Source of the DNA: an uncultured Candidatus Sumerlaeota bacterium
GTDB taxonomy: Bacteria > Sumerlaeota > Sumerlaeia > MWCT01 > JAGHBZ01
Length of the DNA stretch: 29,034 bases
Assembly (NCBI GenBank): GCA_964428255.1
Contig: CAYRXI010000012.1
Location: 5,708 to 34,741 of the forward strand
Reading direction: 5' to 3'
The notes below the pieces were generated by a model. It searched no databases. It was not told where the DNA came from and worked only from the letters and a program-made list of their open reading frames with translations. Numbering within the stretch: the first letter of the stretch is position 1; each line of letters starts with the position of its first letter. Both the position numbers and the translations under genes were made by a program. Positions 26,401 to 29,034 of the stretch are shown piece after piece.

Positions 26401-27919
26401 TCACCACGATGCCTTCTGGTTTGCATTGTATGATGAAACGCAACATCGCCTAATAGGAATGTATAGCGAAGATACTCCACCAGGAGGCAAAGAACCATCC
26501 ATTATTGATACTGAACCTTCTGTGTTAGAGATTGATCCCTCCGTCATCAAGGTCTTGCGAGGAAAACAATATCTGTTAAATCGGCAAGAAGAACCATCAG
26601 ATAGCAAGCTACAGCGGTTTGGTTGCACTGAACGCCTCTCCCGTTCTCTTATGTTTGTCCCCATTCGTGCTGAAGACCGTATTATCGGGATTCTGTCTGC
26701 CCAGAGCTACACTCCTAACTTATATAGCCATAGCGATCTGCATCTCTTGCAAACCTTCGCCGACCAGTGTGGGAATGCCTTGCGCAGGGTTCAGCTGGAA
26801 AATCACCTCCGACAAAGTGAAGAACGTTATCGTTCCACGCTGAATTCACTCCCTGATGCAGTTCATGTTATTGATACTGACTTTAGAATTGTTCTTTTTA
26901 ATGAGGCATTTAAAGACTGGAACAAACAACTGGGGCTTGATACCAAAGTCTTTGGCAAAACCATCTTTGAGGTTTTTCCTTTTCTGCTGAATAAAGTGCG
27001 GGAGGAATATCTGGAAGTTTTTAAAACCGGTAAAGTAATGATTACTGAGGAAGAGACCCGCGTTGGTAACAAGGACTTTGTTACAGAAACACGGAAAATC
27101 CCGATTATTGATAATGGCAAGGTCCTGTTTATTGTCACTATAATTAAAGACATAACGCAACACAAACAATCTGAGGCAAAACTAAAGCAGCTTAATCAGG
27201 AATTAGCTGAACGCCTGGAAGCACTAAATGCTATTAACAAAGAGCTGGAAGCGTTTAGCTACTCTGCCTCCCACGATCTGCGTGCTCCGCTACAGATAAT
27301 CTCTAATATAGCAACCCAACTGCTAAAGAAATATGAAGACAAATTAGGAGTAACTGGCCACCAGCTTGTCCAAACTATTACTGCTCAAACCAAGCTAATG
27401 AAACAACTAATTGATAATTTGCTGGCATTATCTCATCTGGACCGTCAGGAATTAAAGTTTACTGAATTAGATATGACCAACCTTGCAAAGACCGTTTTTC
27501 TGGAGCTCAAGTCCCTTAATTCGGAACGTAACTTGCAGTTTAAGCTAACTCCTTTACCACCCGCACTGGCTGACCGCACAATGATACGTGAGGTCTTTTG
27601 CAATCTTTTCTCCAATGCCATTAAATTCACTAGTAAAAAAGAAACCGCCCTGATTGAAGTCGGTGGCTGGAGTGAAGAAGAACAAAATGTGTACTACGTT
27701 AAAGACAACGGTATTGGCTTTAATATGAAAGATGCCGATAAGTTGTTTAATGTCTTCCAGCGTTTGCACCGTGGAGAAGAATTTGAAGGCACTGGTGTTG
27801 GGCTGGCGCTGGTAAAACGGATAATCCATCGTCATGGAGGAAAAGTTTGGGCAGAAAGCAAGGTTAATGAAGGAGCAACTTTCTATTTTTCTCTACCTAA
27901 ACCAAAACGCGCAGAATAA
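23480..27919 (+). CDS. Large cytoplasmic sensor histidine kinase: 7 PAS/PAC - GAF - PAS - HisKA - HATPase_c
   Basis: Eight PAS units ending in DIT/DVT/EIT linkers; GAF (RSLMFVPIRAEDRIIGILSAQS); H-box SASHDLRAP; NLFSNAIKF; DNGIGF; GTGVGLAL; no TM segment. Confidence 0.94.
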   Translation: MKKSHKKQRTLNTPFDSLQHLAIKHKRAVEALQEHEETSQVLLNATHDLVLVDRHGTILAANEAFARRFSKSIEEPLGTCVYNLFPPELVRQRKVCAAEVFRSGNPLHYEEKIRDKCFETTIYPIKGKKNKVEKIAIFVHDITSLKQTEELLRESEETARALLNAVTESAILIDQKGIIHAINKIAAQRLGQDVESLLNTCVYDHLPPEVAKYRKPRIQQVFRTGIPVRFVDQRQGRWFNNNIYPVFNKEGKVDRVAVFASDITELKKAELDAADLLNAPRDPAALVDKNGKILALNASAAKLVGKSIEELVGKCLFDIIPPEKGIPNRFLQVFRTGNSMRFEHEINGRYFDVSLYPIFDQNHKVIRVAAYGREITDRKKAESALMRAHQIYQQVIQNAQGVPYYRMFDKDHYEFLGEGVKDLVGIPPQKLTYMKFKQLIKERIVMEPGAPADPVEYTKAVINGKFDRYWVDLKIVTPQGKVKWINDCAVLLRDEQTGKPVGSIGILQDVTLRRQMEQNLRESEERYRRLVELAPAPIVVHTNGKIVSVNTAALKMIGATKPEQLLGKPVLDFVHPDYHRLVKARIRKMIKDGKHVPPVEEKLIRLDGQIINAEITSIPIIYNNKPSVQLICRDITERKQMEEAQRQAETKYRSLVEQIPAIVYIAALDRTSTMLYVSPQVKNILGFSPEDYKADPDIWIKQLHPEDYKRVMSEVKKRQANGRLLSIEYRMLTKVGREVWFQDNAEIVRDARGKPLFLQGVMIDITQRKQAEEELKKHQQQLEALIEERTAKLAAANEQLELEILKHQKLADKLITLKARLEHLLTSATAIIYSAKPGNEPGTTFVSKNIKHLLGYKPSEVITDPHFWSNIIHPEDLQFVQDKIARLSAKKPISLEYRLRHKNGSYRWIHDEIRLICDEDLNPREIVGCIIDITERKQAEHAQQILQRHSHQLNKQLSLNEIGPVVAGVSRELFHHDAFWFALYDETQHRLIGMYSEDTPPGGKEPSIIDTEPSVLEIDPSVIKVLRGKQYLLNRQEEPSDSKLQRFGCTERLSRSLMFVPIRAEDRIIGILSAQSYTPNLYSHSDLHLLQTFADQCGNALRRVQLENHLRQSEERYRSTLNSLPDAVHVIDTDFRIVLFNEAFKDWNKQLGLDTKVFGKTIFEVFPFLLNKVREEYLEVFKTGKVMITEEETRVGNKDFVTETRKIPIIDNGKVLFIVTIIKDITQHKQSEAKLKQLNQELAERLEALNAINKELEAFSYSASHDLRAPLQIISNIATQLLKKYEDKLGVTGHQLVQTITAQTKLMKQLIDNLLALSHLDRQELKFTELDMTNLAKTVFLELKSLNSERNLQFKLTPLPPALADRTMIREVFCNLFSNAIKFTSKKETALIEVGGWSEEEQNVYYVKDNGIGFNMKDADKLFNVFQRLHRGEEFEGTGVGLALVKRIIHRHGGKVWAESKVNEGATFYFSLPKPKRAE

Positions 27920-27942
27920 ACTCTAGATTTTCTCCTGCAGTC

Positions 27943-29034
27943 TCACCTATAAATAAGATACTGAGCACGGACTTTGGCAAAGTCCTGTAATTCATTTTGC
28001 CAGCTTTGCACAATCTTCTCCAGCGGCGTGCGTTGTTTAATCATCTCCAGCACTTGTTTTTTGCCAATTAATCCGACATTTCGGTCAATCTCGTATTTGT
28101 CCGAATACAGCTTATAAATAGCATCCAGAATATTAAGCCCGGTAATTACCGGCATAAATTCATCTCGGTCAGTAATAGTAATACGGCAACCATGGCACAG
28201 TTGTCCTTGATATACGTGAACTGTCTTTTGTGGTGTAAATGAGACTGGGTCAAATTTAACTCCGGGCAGATTACGTCCATTTAACTCATTTGTCAATTCA
28301 ACAGCGTTAATCCAGGGAGCACCAAATACTTCAAAGGGTGTATCCGTGCCTCTTCCCACACTGACATTTGAGCCCTCGGTCAACGCTACACCCGGATAAA
28401 GAATTGCCTGAGTCACATTACGGATATTCGGTGACGGATTAACCCAGGGCAACCCGGTCTCGTCAAAATACATCGTCCGCCTCCACCCTTTCATTTCTAC
28501 CACTTCCAGGTCGCATTGTATCCCATATTCCTCATTATATAGCTTTGCCAGCTCGCCAATTGTCATCCCATGCATTACAGGCAGAGGGAAATAACTCGTA
28601 AATTTGCGAAGCTGTTCCCTGTCCTGAATCGGTCCGTCAACCTTTATGCCACCAATCGGATTGGGACGGTCAAGAACCATAAACTTCTTGTTGTGCTTTT
28701 TGGCTTCTTCCATACAGATGGCTAAGGTAGAAATGTATGTATAAAATCGTGCGCCAATATCCTGAATATCAAACACCAGAAGGTCTACATCTTTGAGCAT
28801 TTCCGGCTGCGGGCGATGGTCGCGGGCTCTATCGTACAGACTATAAACCGGTAAGCCTGTGCGTTCATCTTTACCATCTGTGATTTTCTCGTCGGCAGTT
28901 CCCCGTAAGCCATGCTCTGGAGCAAAAAGGGCAACTAATCTTACATTCTCACTCTTCACCATTATATCCAGTATATGTTCGCCTTTATGATTCAGTGCGG
29001 AGTGATTGGTGATTAAACCCACATTTAAGCCTTT
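27943..29034 (-). CDS. namZ: DUF1343 / NamZ-type exo-beta-N-acetylmuramidase (5' end off the right edge)
   Basis: The frame is open to the window edge (KGLNVGLITNHS...); ALFAPEHGLRG, LVFDIQDIGARFYTYI, VLDRPNPIGG, HGMTIGELA, PWVNPSPN, NVSVGRGT..PFE. Confidence 0.9.
   Translation of the reverse strand, partial: KGLNVGLITNHSALNHKGEHILDIMVKSENVRLVALFAPEHGLRGTADEKITDGKDERTGLPVYSLYDRARDHRPQPEMLKDVDLLVFDIQDIGARFYTYISTLAICMEEAKKHNKKFMVLDRPNPIGGIKVDGPIQDREQLRKFTSYFPLPVMHGMTIGELAKLYNEEYGIQCDLEVVEMKGWRRTMYFDETGLPWVNPSPNIRNVTQAILYPGVALTEGSNVSVGRGTDTPFEVFGAPWINAVELTNELNGRNLPGVKFDPVSFTPQKTVHVYQGQLCHGCRITITDRDEFMPVITGLNILDAIYKLYSDKYEIDRNVGLIGKKQVLEMIKQRTPLEKIVQSWQNELQDFAKVRAQYLIYR

Noticed and set aside
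612-27835. The many other 60-170 aa ORFs in the track that overlap assigned genes (e.g. 12026-12511, 13878-14366, 19108-19482, 22671-23078)
   Set aside because: They are antisense or alternate-frame shadows of well-supported CDSs, without SD sites or motifs.
1-29034. CRISPR arrays, tRNA/rRNA genes, IS elements, prophage or defence genes
   Set aside because: By eye I found no regularly spaced repeats, cloverleaf/T-loop signatures, or transposase, integrase or nuclease motifs.

Overview
About 29 kb of a bacterial chromosome (roughly 40-45% GC by eye; taxon not determinable from this window). I saw no rRNA, tRNA, CRISPR array, transposase or phage genes. Left to right: the 5' end of ilvB (minus strand, runs off the edge). 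Then a plus-strand run: lipB, lipA, a stand-alone lipoyl-fold protein with no acceptor lysine, a PfkB kinase with an apparent N-terminal in-frame deletion, hom, a radical SAM/SPASM-twitch enzyme, a lipoprotein, and an aldo/keto reductase broken by a deletion-frameshift. Next come a soluble GAF histidine kinase and a divergent TPR gene. A minus-strand type II secretion/type IV pilus-like locus follows (three minor pilins, a GspE/PilB ATPase, a GspF/PilC platform), and directly downstream is a Sec-signal protein fusing a FecR domain to a GspG pseudopilin head. The rest holds purine nucleoside phosphorylase, a large secreted GHL10/YddW-type hydrolase with a Pro/Thr linker, a GT-C membrane glycosyltransferase, rpsO with a clear promoter and a structured anti-SD leader, a TerC protein, a 1479-aa 8-PAS/GAF histidine kinase, and a NamZ/DUF1343 gene truncated by the right edge. 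The best novelty candidates are the FecR-GspG fusion beside a pilus locus with no major pilin in view, and the lysine-less lipoyl domain beside lipBA. All family assignments rest on motif recognition from memory; no database searches were run.
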